From: Anaerolineaceae bacterium
GTDB lineage: Bacteria; Chloroflexota; Anaerolineae; Anaerolineales; Anaerolineaceae
Assembly: GCA_011620555.1 (NCBI GenBank)
Contig: WOYY01000070.1
Coordinates: 12,163-76,162, forward strand
Direction of reading: 5' to 3'
Length of the DNA: 64,000 nt
Shown here: positions 28,044-36,146 of the stretch, in pieces
Numbering within the stretch: the first letter of the stretch is position 1
How the letters are laid out: the number at the start of each line of letters is the position of its first letter
Notes under the pieces: generated by a model
Told to the model about the DNA's origin: nothing
Database searches by the model: none
The model's input: the letters and a program-made list of their open reading frames with translations, nothing else
Program-made: the position numbers and the translations under genes

Positions 28044-29034
28044 TGGTAAAAGCCTGATCCAGGTCCTGGGTTTCGGTCAGCAGCCCCATATCCAGCAGGA
28101 CGGCCTGCATATTGACCCAGCCGACCGGCTCGCTGTAGCCCGGTTGGTCGGTCTGCCAGAGCTTGATCGATTCGCTCAGGATCTCATGCTGGAGGTCGGG
28201 GTCAGCCTCGGCCAGATTTTCGACATAGGCTTTGCTGATCTCATAAGCTTCATCAGGGTCGGCCAGCGTATCGGCGATCCCTTTCAGCAGAGCTTCAATG
28301 AAGGCCTCGACCTGTTCGGGATGTTCAGCGAGCAGGGTCTCATTGGTGACCAGGCCATTGGCGACCAATTGCAGATAGTCCGCCACGCGGATCACGTCCA
28401 CATCGTAGCCCTGGGCGCGCAGGACGACCGGCTCATTGGCGAGGTAGATCACGGCCGCTTCCACCTGGCCGGTCGCCAGCGCTTCCACCTGGTTGAAGCC
28501 GATGGCAAGCAGGTCCACATCCTCTTCGGTCAGGTCCACCGCGCTGAGCAGGGCCTGCATGCCGATGTAGGAAGCGCCATAGAGGCCGGGGATGCCAACG
28601 GTTTTACCGGCTAAATTCTCCGGCACCCGGATCTCTGCATCGGCCAGCGAAACAATCCCCACCGGAAATTGCTGGTACCAGGCTGCCACATAGGTCACAG
28701 GCAGCCCTTGGGACCGGGCGAGCAGGACCTGTTCGCCGCTGGCGACGGCAAAGAGCTGTTCGCCCGCGCCAATCAGGGCCACACCGTCAGCCTCATTGCC
28801 ATATTCGAGCGAGACGTCAAAGCCGGCATCGAGGAAATAGCCCTTCTCCAGGGCGACATAGACCGGGGCAAACTGGATGTTGGGGATATAGCCCAGGGTG
28901 AGGGCCGTTGAAATGACCTCCGGACTGGCTGGGGGCGTTTCCGCAGGCTGGCAGGCCGAGAGGCTGCCCGCGCCTGCCGCTAAAATGAGGCTGAGGAGAA
29001 GTAGGACTTTTCTTTTCAAGAATAACGTGCTCAT
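28027..29034 (-). CDS. ribY: NMT1/THI5-like substrate-binding lipoprotein, probable riboflavin-binding RibY
   Basis: LSAC lipobox, LGYIPNIQFAPVYVA, GIPGLYGASYIG; under an FMN riboswitch. Confidence 0.75.
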   Translation of the reverse strand: MSTLFLKRKVLLLLSLILAAGAGSLSACQPAETPPASPEVISTALTLGYIPNIQFAPVYVALEKGYFLDAGFDVSLEYGNEADGVALIGAGEQLFAVASGEQVLLARSQGLPVTYVAAWYQQFPVGIVSLADAEIRVPENLAGKTVGIPGLYGASYIGMQALLSAVDLTEEDVDLLAIGFNQVEALATGQVEAAVIYLANEPVVLRAQGYDVDVIRVADYLQLVANGLVTNETLLAEHPEQVEAFIEALLKGIADTLADPDEAYEISKAYVENLAEADPDLQHEILSESIKLWQTDQPGYSEPVGWVNMQAVLLDMGLLTETQDLDQAFTNDLLP

Positions 29035-29059
29035 ATTTTCTTTCTCCAAATCTGTGGGT

Positions 29060-29869
29060 TTAGATCTGGTCCTGCCGCCAGGATTGCCAGGCGAGGACGC
29101 GTCTCTCGATCAGCAGGACGATGCCATAGAGCGCCATCGCCATCGCGATCAGGGCGATCACGGCGACAAAGACCAGGGCGGTGTCATATTGCCCGCGGCC
29201 GACATTGATCAGGAAGCCCAGGCCCCGGTCCGCGCCGACCAGTTCGCCCACCACCGCGCCGATTACGGACAGGGTCGCCCCAACCCGCAGGCCGCCAAGA
29301 AAGATCGGCAGAGCGGCCGGGACTTCCAGCTTCCAAAGCGTCTGCGCCCGGGTGGCGTTCAGGGAACGCATCAGGTCGCTCAGGTCTTTGGGTACTTCCC
29401 GCAGGCCGACGACCGTGTTGATCAGGACGGGGAAGAAGACGATCAGCGCGCAGATCAAGACCTTGGAGAAGATGCCCGGCCCGAACCAGATCACCAGCAG
29501 CGGAGCGATGGCCACCATTGGGATGCTCTGGCTGGCGACGAGGTACGGCGCGACCAGCTTCTCCAGCGCCGGGGATTTGGCCAGCAGATAGCCCAGGACG
29601 GTGGCAAAGAAGCTGCCCAAGAGCAGCCCGGAGAGGACTTCAAAGAGGGTGGTCAGGGTATGGCGGGTCAGCTGGCCGGATGCCAGCGATTTGAGAAACC
29701 GTTCCCAGACCAGACCGGGACCCGGCAGGATGAAAGCCGGCAGCTTCAACACCCGGGCGAGCAGCGCCCAGAGCGCGAGGCCTCCCGCCAGGGAGAGCGC
29801 GAGGAACACAGCCCGTTTCCAGGGATTTGGTTTGGGTTGCTGTGGTTTGGGTTTGGCCTTGGTCGTCAT
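29060..29869 (-). CDS. ribX: ABC permease, probable riboflavin transporter RibX
   Basis: SQSIPMVAIAPLLVIWFG, EAA-like DLMRSLNAT; true start is MTTKAK (29869), just after the riboswitch terminator, not 29917. Confidence 0.75.
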   Translation of the reverse strand: MTTKAKPKPQQPKPNPWKRAVFLALSLAGGLALWALLARVLKLPAFILPGPGLVWERFLKSLASGQLTRHTLTTLFEVLSGLLLGSFFATVLGYLLAKSPALEKLVAPYLVASQSIPMVAIAPLLVIWFGPGIFSKVLICALIVFFPVLINTVVGLREVPKDLSDLMRSLNATRAQTLWKLEVPAALPIFLGGLRVGATLSVIGAVVGELVGADRGLGFLINVGRGQYDTALVFVAVIALIAMAMALYGIVLLIERRVLAWQSWRQDQI

Positions 29870-29871
29870 AC

Positions 29872-29901
29872 AAAAAAAGCCCTGACTCTTTGAATCGGGG
29901 C
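29872..29901 (-). terminator. Riboswitch expression-platform terminator
   Basis: Minus strand gccccgattc-aaa-gagtcagggc followed by TTTTTTT. Confidence 0.8.
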
Positions 29902-29927
29902 ATGGGCGGATATCCATAGAATACCGA

Positions 29928-30070
29928 CACCTTCTTCCATTCGGACTGTCACCGCCGGCACCGGGATTTCACCGGTTCATGCATGTTTAGTATGCTCGTG
30001 GGCTACCCCTTGGGGGGATTACCACCGGTCGGGAATTGGGTCTGAGGACCCGCACCCTGCCCCGAAGGTG
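29928..30070 (-). ncRNA. FMN riboswitch (RFN element)
   Basis: Minus strand CUUCGGGGCAGGGUG...AAUUCCCGACCGGUGGUAA...AGCCCACGAGC...CCGGUGAAAUCCCGGUGCCGGCGGUGACAGUCCGAAUGGAAGAAG matches the RFN consensus; P1 caccuuc/gaaggug. Confidence 0.95.
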
Positions 30071-30088
30071 TTTGATTTTGATACTGGA

Positions 30089-30117
30089 AGTATAACTTTT
30101 GAAGGGTGAGCTGTCAA
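30089..30117 (-). promoter_or_regulatory. Sigma70 promoter of the riboswitch operon
   Basis: TTGACA-17 bp-TATACT. Confidence 0.85.
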
Positions 30118-30256
30118 CGTGATTGAGCGGGAAGTCAGCGGCGAGCGGGATCCGAATTGGAGCTGGGCTTGCGGTCAGGGACATTGCATTTTAGTTATTA
30201 AATTGGCGAAGGTAACTGAACAAGTTGGGCAATCTGTTGTGTTAAGTGATTTTATA

Positions 30257-30300
30257 ACCCCATCCTGCCTGCTGCACTACGCTTGCAGGCAGGATGGGGT
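30257..30300. repeat. Perfect 16-bp inverted repeat (REP-like)
   Basis: accccatcctgcctgc-12 nt-gcaggcaggatggggt. Confidence 0.75.
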
Positions 30301-30531
30301 CTCTTTTCTTAGCAAAGCACACGACCATATTTTCCAAAACTTTGTTTGACTCAATATGGAGACAGTTAATTTTCTGAACTAATTTGCAGTAGAAAGAGGG
30401 ACCCAAAGTCAAAAAACTCCCTTTTTGGATGCGGAGTTCACACCCCTAACTATCCTTTGGCAGGGGAAAAGGATAGTATATATAAAGGCCTTGATGCAAT
30501 GCCAATTGGATAAAACAAAGGTGTGGATTTT

Positions 30532-31161
30532 ATGGATGATTCAATCGGACTGGAACACACAGACTCTCAACGGATGTCCGATCAACAGGCTCTGACCCTC
30601 TTGAAGCAGGGAAATATTGAAGGATTGGAAAGCCTGGTTTGGAAATATCAGGCCAAATCCGTTCAGGCGGCTTTGCTGATCACCTTTCAGCGGGAGATGG
30701 CTGAAGATGTGGTCCAGGATGCGTTCCTGAAAGCCTACCGGAAAATCCATCAGTTTGATGAAAGCCGGCCCTTCGGCCCCTGGTTTCTGAGGATCGTGAT
30801 CAATGATGCGAAAAAAGCCGTGCAAAAACAGAAGCGGACTTTGCCCCTCGAGGCGCCAGAGGAGGGCAACCCGATTGCGGAATGGCTGATGGATCCGGCG
30901 AAAAGTCCCGAAAGCTTGGCCGAAACCGCGGAGACCCGCGAACAGGTCTGGCAGGCGATCGGGCAATTGACGCCCGATCAGCGGGAAGCAGTCGTGATGC
31001 GCTATTTTCTGGGGCACACGGAAAGGGAGATGGTCCGGGCTTTGGGTCGTCCCTCCACGACAGTCAAATGGTGGCTCCACGCGGCCAGAAAGCGGCTTCG
31101 GCAGGTCCTGGGGCCAGAGGAAAAGGGCAAGTTTGAAAAGAAGGAAATAAGCCATGAGTGA
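30532..31161 (+). CDS. ECF RNA polymerase sigma factor
   Basis: AEDVVQDAFLKAY, FGPWFLRIVIN, LTPDQREAVVMRYF, TVKWWLHAARKRLR. Confidence 0.92.
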   Translation: MDDSIGLEHTDSQRMSDQQALTLLKQGNIEGLESLVWKYQAKSVQAALLITFQREMAEDVVQDAFLKAYRKIHQFDESRPFGPWFLRIVINDAKKAVQKQKRTLPLEAPEEGNPIAEWLMDPAKSPESLAETAETREQVWQAIGQLTPDQREAVVMRYFLGHTEREMVRALGRPSTTVKWWLHAARKRLRQVLGPEEKGKFEKKEISHE

Positions 31162-32443
31162 AAAACAAGTTCAGAATATGATTCGGACCTTGGCGGAAGA
31201 AAAAGCGCCGGAGGAAACGATCCATCTTTGGCCGAGGATCAAAGTGGAGGCCTTCGCCTCAGGGGGAAAGCCCCGGCGGACCTGGCGAAGCCGGCTGCGG
31301 CTGGCCGGGGCGGCGCTTGGGCTGGCGGTTTTGCTGGCCGGGGTGCTGTTCATTCTCTCACCCCAGGGCCAGGCCTGGGCGCAGGAAGCGTACCAATTTT
31401 TCACCAAAACGGAGAGCGACCAAGTCCCATTCGAGGCCTTCCAGGCGACCCAGTCCGCAAGATCGTCTGCTGCGACGCCGGAGGATACCTCAGTCGCAAC
31501 TGGGGACACCACAGCGACACCGGGCGATCCATTGGATGACATGATGACTTTTGAAGAGGTTCAGGCGGTTGCCGGGTTTGTGCCTTACCAGCCCTCCTGG
31601 CTGCCTGAAGGGTTTGAATTCGCCGGGGCCTTATATGACGACGAGACCCAAGTTGTCACCCTGATGTATGAACGTCTGGGCAATAGCGCGAATACTTTAA
31701 ACCTGAGGCAAGAGCCTTATCACCACCTGACGGACTGCGATATTTGCGCCTCGGTGGGTACCTCTGCGGACATTAAGAAAGTTTCGATTCATGGCGTTTA
31801 TGGCGAATATGTCGAGGGTGTTTGGGCGGGTGAAGCGGGTGATGCCGTTTGGGAAAATCCTCACTATATAAAGCACATGATCTGGAGAGAAAACGGAATG
31901 GCTTTTCAGATCCTTTATAACGGTTTCCCGGCATATATATTAGAAAAGGACCTTATCGCCATGGCTGAAAGTGTCACATCCAATCGCCAGATCATTGATT
32001 ATCTGACTTTGGATGAGGCGCAGGCCCTTGCCGGGTTCCCATTTTACCAACCTACCTGGCTGCCGGATTTGTTCGAATTTGAAAAAGCGCTGTATGATAC
32101 GGAGAACAATGTTGTCACGCTCATGTATTATTTTGGCGGCAATATCCATAATGCTGTTGGCCTCAAACTGGAACCAATAAACGATTCGGGAACGTGTTAT
32201 CTATGCCGCTTGGTCGGGACATCCGCCAGGGTTCAAAGCGTCTCGATCAATGGCGCTGATGGCGAATATGTGGAGGGCGTCTGGACTTTGGAAGATGGCG
32301 CAGCTGTTTGGAAGAGTTACTCAGATTATACGGTGATGAAGCACCTGATCTGGCAGACCGATGAGATGATCTTTGAGTTGAGTTACATGGGCAATACCCT
32401 GACCAAGACGGACATGATCGCGATTGCCGAAAGCGTCCGTTAA
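31154..32443 (+). CDS. Probable anti-sigma factor with TM helix and two tandem DUF4367-like extracytoplasmic repeats
   Basis: Overlaps the sigma stop; one TM helix; two ~145-aa repeats (PYQP.WLP..FEF..ALYD ... GEYVEGVW ... IA.AESV). Confidence 0.75.
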   Translation: MSEKQVQNMIRTLAEEKAPEETIHLWPRIKVEAFASGGKPRRTWRSRLRLAGAALGLAVLLAGVLFILSPQGQAWAQEAYQFFTKTESDQVPFEAFQATQSARSSAATPEDTSVATGDTTATPGDPLDDMMTFEEVQAVAGFVPYQPSWLPEGFEFAGALYDDETQVVTLMYERLGNSANTLNLRQEPYHHLTDCDICASVGTSADIKKVSIHGVYGEYVEGVWAGEAGDAVWENPHYIKHMIWRENGMAFQILYNGFPAYILEKDLIAMAESVTSNRQIIDYLTLDEAQALAGFPFYQPTWLPDLFEFEKALYDTENNVVTLMYYFGGNIHNAVGLKLEPINDSGTCYLCRLVGTSARVQSVSINGADGEYVEGVWTLEDGAAVWKSYSDYTVMKHLIWQTDEMIFELSYMGNTLTKTDMIAIAESVR

Positions 32444-32467
32444 GGATAGACGCAATTGAGGATTACA

Positions 32468-32494
32468 AAGGGACTGGAGAAAGCCAGTCCTTTT
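32468..32494 (+). terminator. Intrinsic terminator
   Basis: aagggactgg-agaaag-ccagtcctttt. Confidence 0.7.
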
Positions 32495-32597
32495 GGGTTT
32501 GGGCCAGGAGATTTCTCTGTTCAAATTGCTTTGGCTTGTGAACAGTCGTTATAATTAGACATGGTTGTTTTAGTCACTCACTCATTCCCGGAGCGCT

Positions 32598-33773
32598 ATG
32601 CCCGTCAATCTGGTTGAAATCCAAAAAAGCCTTTCCTCTTTTGCCGATCAGGCCAAGACTCACTTTGAGCAGGAAGCAATATACCTGCGCGAGTTGGAGC
32701 AGGTTTTAACAAGTTACGCTGACCCATTAGATCAAATCCGATCAGTCGTTGGGCGGGAGGTGGACACCAACGCCCGTCTGCGCTGCGCTGTGCCCACTGA
32801 TGAAGCGATAAACACAGCTATCCCTGTTGGGCAGCTGCCGGAGCGGGTGGCCCTGCTGGCGGCGGATGGCTCCCAGATCAATCCCTCCCGCCACGCCAGG
32901 GTACCCTTCTGCGTGATCAATATCGGCGCCGTGGAGATGCTGCGCGGCTCGGGGCAAATGCCCAAGGTTTATCAGGAAAGCCAACTGCTGGATTACGACC
33001 GCACCACGCTGCCGGATACCGGCCTCATCAGCGAGGGCCGCGTCGCGCTGGCCCGAGACCTGGCGGAGCGCCAGAAGCTGGCGGACTGGTCGGCTGAATT
33101 GCCCCAGCCGGCGATTGCGATGATCGATGGGCCGCTGGAACTCTACCGGGACGTCCAGCAGGCGACGGAATTTGAGCGAATCGCCTGGCAGTTTCAGGCC
33201 GTTTTGGAGCAATTTAGAAGAAACAATGTATTTCTCCTGGGCTATGTGGATAAGCCGGGCAGCGACCTGCTGGTGAGCCTGCTGGAGGTGATCGCCAGGC
33301 AGGATAAAGCGTTCCAGTCAAGTTTTCCGAAGGACCGCCCCGTCAGGGTGGTGGACACGGCGCTCTTCAAGGATATCCTCACGGCCCCAGGCGACCGCTC
33401 GGCTGTGTTCAGCGTTTCATCCCCAACCAGCGGTAAGTTTGGAAATGACCAGCAGGTCCACTTTTTCTTTATGAACGTGGGCAGCGAGGATTTCCAGCAT
33501 CTGGCGCGGGTGGAGGTTCCGGCCTGGGTGGCAGGGGATAAAGCCAACATCGCCCTGATCCAGGCGGCTTTATGGGATCAGACGAGGATCATGGGAACGA
33601 AACCTTATCCCTATCTGCTGCACCGCTCTCACGAGGTAGCTGTGGTATCCCTGGATGAGCACCGGCGGGTGGAGGAGATGATCGTCAGTGAATTTTTGCG
33701 GCATCATATTCCGGTTGGCAGCCCATCGCAAAAACAGGCAGTCAAGGATCTTATGCAGGATGGAGGAAAGTAG
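32598..33773 (+). CDS. nurA: NurA family nuclease
   Basis: LAADGSQI, MIDGPL, GYVDKPGS, YPYLLHRSHEVAVV. Confidence 0.9.
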   Translation: MPVNLVEIQKSLSSFADQAKTHFEQEAIYLRELEQVLTSYADPLDQIRSVVGREVDTNARLRCAVPTDEAINTAIPVGQLPERVALLAADGSQINPSRHARVPFCVINIGAVEMLRGSGQMPKVYQESQLLDYDRTTLPDTGLISEGRVALARDLAERQKLADWSAELPQPAIAMIDGPLELYRDVQQATEFERIAWQFQAVLEQFRRNNVFLLGYVDKPGSDLLVSLLEVIARQDKAFQSSFPKDRPVRVVDTALFKDILTAPGDRSAVFSVSSPTSGKFGNDQQVHFFFMNVGSEDFQHLARVEVPAWVAGDKANIALIQAALWDQTRIMGTKPYPYLLHRSHEVAVVSLDEHRRVEEMIVSEFLRHHIPVGSPSQKQAVKDLMQDGGK

Positions 33774-34418
33774 ATGGCGGACCATATCGAAATCGGCAGA
33801 CTATTGCGCTCTGAAACCACCGGGTTTGTCTTTGGCTGCAAACTGGACCAGATCGACAGCCCCAGCTTTGGCGCGCTGGTCCGGGTGCGGATGGACGATC
33901 ACTACCAGATCTTCGGCCTGATCTACGATATCCAGGTCCAGGATGACGGTCTCGTCCGGCAGCTGATCACTTCCGACACGCTGGCGAACGAGGCCTGGCT
34001 GGATACCCGCGGCAACCGCACTGTCCCGGTGGAGATCGGCGTGCTGGCGCTGGGCTACATGCTGGATGGGCAGGTCTCGCACCTGCTGCCGCCCCGCCCG
34101 CCGCTGAGCCTGGATGAGATTTTCCTCTGCACCCCCGCCGAGATCGCGGCCTTCACCGGCGCGGGCCGGATGGGCTACCTGCGGCATGTTCTGCGGGATC
34201 AGGATAAGCCGGTGGAGGAACTGCTGGCGGCGCACCTGAAACAGGCGCGGGACGTGCAGTCGGCCGCAGGCAACCCTGCCTGGTTCGAGGCCGCGCTGGA
34301 AGAAGTGATCGCCCTTCTGAAAGATGATTACCCCACGCTGATGCGGGTGCTGGGCGCGGTGGATGAACTGGAATTGGCCCGAGACCGCCAAAGTGAGTTG
34401 AATGGGAGGCTGGGATGA
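33774..34418 (+). CDS. Stand-alone HAS-barrel domain protein
   Basis: IGRLLRSETTGFVFGC...PSFGALVRV...FGLIYDI; located between nurA and herA. Confidence 0.8.
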   Translation: MADHIEIGRLLRSETTGFVFGCKLDQIDSPSFGALVRVRMDDHYQIFGLIYDIQVQDDGLVRQLITSDTLANEAWLDTRGNRTVPVEIGVLALGYMLDGQVSHLLPPRPPLSLDEIFLCTPAEIAAFTGAGRMGYLRHVLRDQDKPVEELLAAHLKQARDVQSAAGNPAWFEAALEEVIALLKDDYPTLMRVLGAVDELELARDRQSELNGRLG

Positions 34419-36145
34419 CGGATCAACAACGCAGTAATACCCCGAAGACCGACCAAATCGGCATCATCACCGGCGGCTCGCTAAAGAATAACCTCCAGGC
34501 CCGGCTGACCGTGCCCTCCCACGAGGTGCAGGAAGGGGCCTTTGTGGTGGCGGGCGGCGAAAAGGATCGCTGGCTCTTTTATGGCCTGATCACCGACCTC
34601 CGCCTTGAAGCCCATGACCCGCGCTACGCGCAGGAGGACCTCGGCCGGCGGCTTTCCCCCCGCCTGGCGGGGCTGCTGCGAGCGCAGACCCTCTATACCA
34701 GCGCCGAGATCACGAACACCCTGATGATGGAACCCGGGCCGGACCCGCTGGAGGACCCCGAGGGGTATGAGACCTGGTTCCAGAGCGTGCTGACGGAATC
34801 CGTCCCGCCGCAGCCGGCCAAGACCGTCCCGCTGCACCACGCGCCGGTGCGCCTGGCGCGGGCGGAGGATATCGCCCTGATCTTCGGCAAGGAGGGCGAA
34901 AAGGCCTTCTTCCGGCTGGGCGACACACTCGAACAGGGCCACCCCGTCTGCGTGAACCTCGACAGGCTGGTTCAGCGCTCGGCCGGCATCTTTGGAGCGA
35001 CCGGCACCGGCAAGTCCTTCCTGACCCGCGTGATCCTGGCCGGGCTGATCCAGCATGATAAGACCGCTGTGCTGATCTTCGACATGCACAACGAATACGG
35101 CCCGGATGATATCGCTTCCGATACCGGGTTGCACGTGCCCGGCCTCAAGGGTAAGTTCCCCACCAAGGTCCGCATGGTGGGCCTGGGGCGCAACGCCACG
35201 ATCCGCGGAGCGCGGCCGGACTATACGCTCGAAGTGGCCGAAGCGGACATTACACCGGAGGATGTGCTGCTCCTGGCGCAGGAACTGAACCTGCGCGACA
35301 CCACCGCCACGACACTGGACGCGCTCCGAGCATCATTTCACGGCACCTGGTTCAGTGAATTTAAGAAAATGCGGACCAATGCCTTTGTTCCTGGCGATGA
35401 TGGTAAACTGGAGCCTGCGCCGGACAGCGTTCAGGCCTGGGCGGAGTCAGTCGGCGTGCACGGCAGCGCGGCGGAGGCGCTGCATTCCAAGCTGCGACGG
35501 CTGTTCAATGCACCCTATATTGTCGAACAGCCCGCGGCCAACGCGCTCCAGCAGATGATTGACAACCTCGACAACGGCCAGCATGTGGTGCTCTCTTTCG
35601 GCGACTATGAGACCGATCTGGATTATCTCTTCGTCTCCAACCTGCTCACCCGCCGGATCCGCGAGGTCTGGGAAAAGCGGACCAACGACTTCCGGGGCGG
35701 CAAGGGCGCGCCGGAGCCGCGTCCGCTGGTGATCGCGGTGGAAGAAGCGCATAAGCTGCTCAACCGTGAGATGGCCTCACAGACCAGCTTCAGCACGATT
35801 GCGCGGGAGATGCGCAAGTATTACGTCACCCTGCTGATCATCGACCAGCGCCCCTCGCAGATCTATGACGAGGTGATGTCGCAGCTGGGCACCCGGATCA
35901 CCGGCTGGCTGGGCGATTCGGATGACATCGCCGCCGTGCTGACCGGCCTGGCCAGCCGTGACGCACTGCGCGGGATGCTGGCCCGCCTGCAGCCCAAGGA
36001 AGAAGTGCTGATGCTGGGCTGGGGCGTGCCGATGCCGATCGTGATCCGCTCCCGCCGCTATGACAATGTCTTTTGGGAGGAACTGCTCCAACCCAAAACG
36101 AGCAGCCGCAAGACCAACACCGTTTTCGATGGGCTAGATTTCTAA
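34415..36145 (+). CDS. herA: HerA/FtsK-family ATPase (DUF87)
   Basis: N-terminal HAS barrel, GATGTGKS, IFDMHNEYG, VEEAH, IAREMRKY, DQRPS. Confidence 0.9.
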   Translation: MTDQQRSNTPKTDQIGIITGGSLKNNLQARLTVPSHEVQEGAFVVAGGEKDRWLFYGLITDLRLEAHDPRYAQEDLGRRLSPRLAGLLRAQTLYTSAEITNTLMMEPGPDPLEDPEGYETWFQSVLTESVPPQPAKTVPLHHAPVRLARAEDIALIFGKEGEKAFFRLGDTLEQGHPVCVNLDRLVQRSAGIFGATGTGKSFLTRVILAGLIQHDKTAVLIFDMHNEYGPDDIASDTGLHVPGLKGKFPTKVRMVGLGRNATIRGARPDYTLEVAEADITPEDVLLLAQELNLRDTTATTLDALRASFHGTWFSEFKKMRTNAFVPGDDGKLEPAPDSVQAWAESVGVHGSAAEALHSKLRRLFNAPYIVEQPAANALQQMIDNLDNGQHVVLSFGDYETDLDYLFVSNLLTRRIREVWEKRTNDFRGGKGAPEPRPLVIAVEEAHKLLNREMASQTSFSTIAREMRKYYVTLLIIDQRPSQIYDEVMSQLGTRITGWLGDSDDIAAVLTGLASRDALRGMLARLQPKEEVLMLGWGVPMPIVIRSRRYDNVFWEELLQPKTSSRKTNTVFDGLDF

Positions 36146-36146
36146 G

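Noticed and set aside
30110-30235. attC-like integron recombination site (gtcaac ... gttgggc)
   Set aside because: Core-like words are present, but the arms do not pair convincingly and there is no integrase or cassette array
32598-36145. HerA-based anti-phage system (Sir2-HerA or HerA-DUF type)
   Set aside because: The partners are NurA, a HAS barrel and Rad50 in host-like GC context, which fits DNA repair; there is no Sir2 or other effector
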